A stretch of 64,000 nucleotides of DNA from Cetorhinus maximus (Eukaryota): contig NC_135881.1 of assembly GCF_964194155.1 (NCBI RefSeq), forward strand, positions 202,554,001 through 202,618,000, in the 5' to 3' direction. Below are positions 63,033 through 64,000 of this stretch, one piece after another. The notes beneath the pieces are model-generated. The model worked only from the letters and a program-made list of their open reading frames with translations, searched no databases and was not told the DNA's origin. The translations under genes and the position numbers were made by a program. Position 1 is the first letter of the stretch. Each line of letters begins with the position of its first letter.

Positions 63033-64000
63033 TTTTATATTTAATGGTCTCCTCTCTACAATTCTAATCAATTACTATAGAATTTTGCAGAAAATCCAAA
63101 AACATCTGTAAAAAGTAAATGCGAATTACAGGTTTAAAACAAATGCCATTAGTTATTGTTAATGAGACTCTTTAAATTGCTGCACTCCAGGATTCAAAGT
63201 TTTTTTGGGAGATGGGTACAGGGAAGAATTGCTATTTACATTAGACATAATAGTATTATGATGTGGCAGGTGATGTGTGCCAGGCAGACCAAATCCACAA
63301 GGGAAATTTGGCCATGCTATCCATAATGATTTTGCACTTTGTATTTATTACGAGATGCATGCATTGAATTCAGAAGCAACAAGTCCACTAACACCCTTTA
63401 GAGATTTTAGAAATTAAATTAAAACATTTATTAACAAAAGATTTCAAGCACATACAAAAGATTACAGTTACTTAATACTATAACAAATCCCAAAATTCCT
63501 AGTTAACCTGACTCCCAACTACACACTCCTTTAAGGCATCAGTCCAAAATAGATTTTAAATTTAAAAAGCAAGCCAACAAATTACCACAGCACCCACTCG
63601 GCAGTGGAATTCCAAAGGCTTTTCTCCAAGTTTAGTTACTGGACACAGCAGACTTTTGCAAAAATGCATGAAGGCTTCTTCCAGGCTGTTTCACCCACTC
63701 CTGTTAGGTCTTATATGGCCCGCTGACATGGTCTTTCATTCCTCCTTTATATATGTTTCTCTCTCTTTAAGCTGTAAATTCTATTATTTCATATGTCTTT
63801 CCAAATTTACTTTTCCCATAATATAAAAATCTTTCATATTGCCAATATGATCTCTTTCCTTTTGGGAAAAATAAACACACTGCTTGTCCTTATCTTGCCA
63901 GTCGTAAACATCCTACCATCCCTTTGAAATCCAAACAACTCCTTCACTCATCTAAAAATGCAAATTTCCTTCACACATTATATGCTAAGACCTCATTCCT

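Overview
Vertebrate genomic DNA, most likely a shark or other elasmobranch (inferred from the CR1, Penelope, DeuSINE and Harbinger repeat families and from the protein sequences). The window covers the NEK11 / ASTE1 / ATP2C1 block known from other vertebrates. It contains the 5' end of NEK11 (- strand, first coding exon 14375-14541), a complete four-coding-exon ASTE1 (+ strand, 26259-34026, 684 aa) and the last 11 coding exons of ATP2C1/SPCA1 (- strand, 39604-60764, 444 aa in window). The unexpected element is an intact, intronless, very GC-rich HSCB (Hsc20 Fe-S co-chaperone) ORF at 21837-22724, between the NEK11/ASTE1 promoter and the first ASTE1 coding exon. It has its own ETS/CRE/GC-box/CCAAT promoter and a formin-FH1-like polyproline minisatellite in its presequence. 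A splice donor 44 nt after its stop codon could join it to ASTE1 as a bicistronic mRNA. The rest is a dense mosaic of transposable elements. These include Penelope copies with minimal hammerhead-ribozyme motifs, a twin-primed (5'-inverted) Rex3/Expander-like RTE, a Tx1 fragment inserted in a G/C run, a Myb-encoding Harbinger element and solo LTRs. All gene and repeat identifications are by recalled similarity, not database search, and repeat boundaries are approximate.
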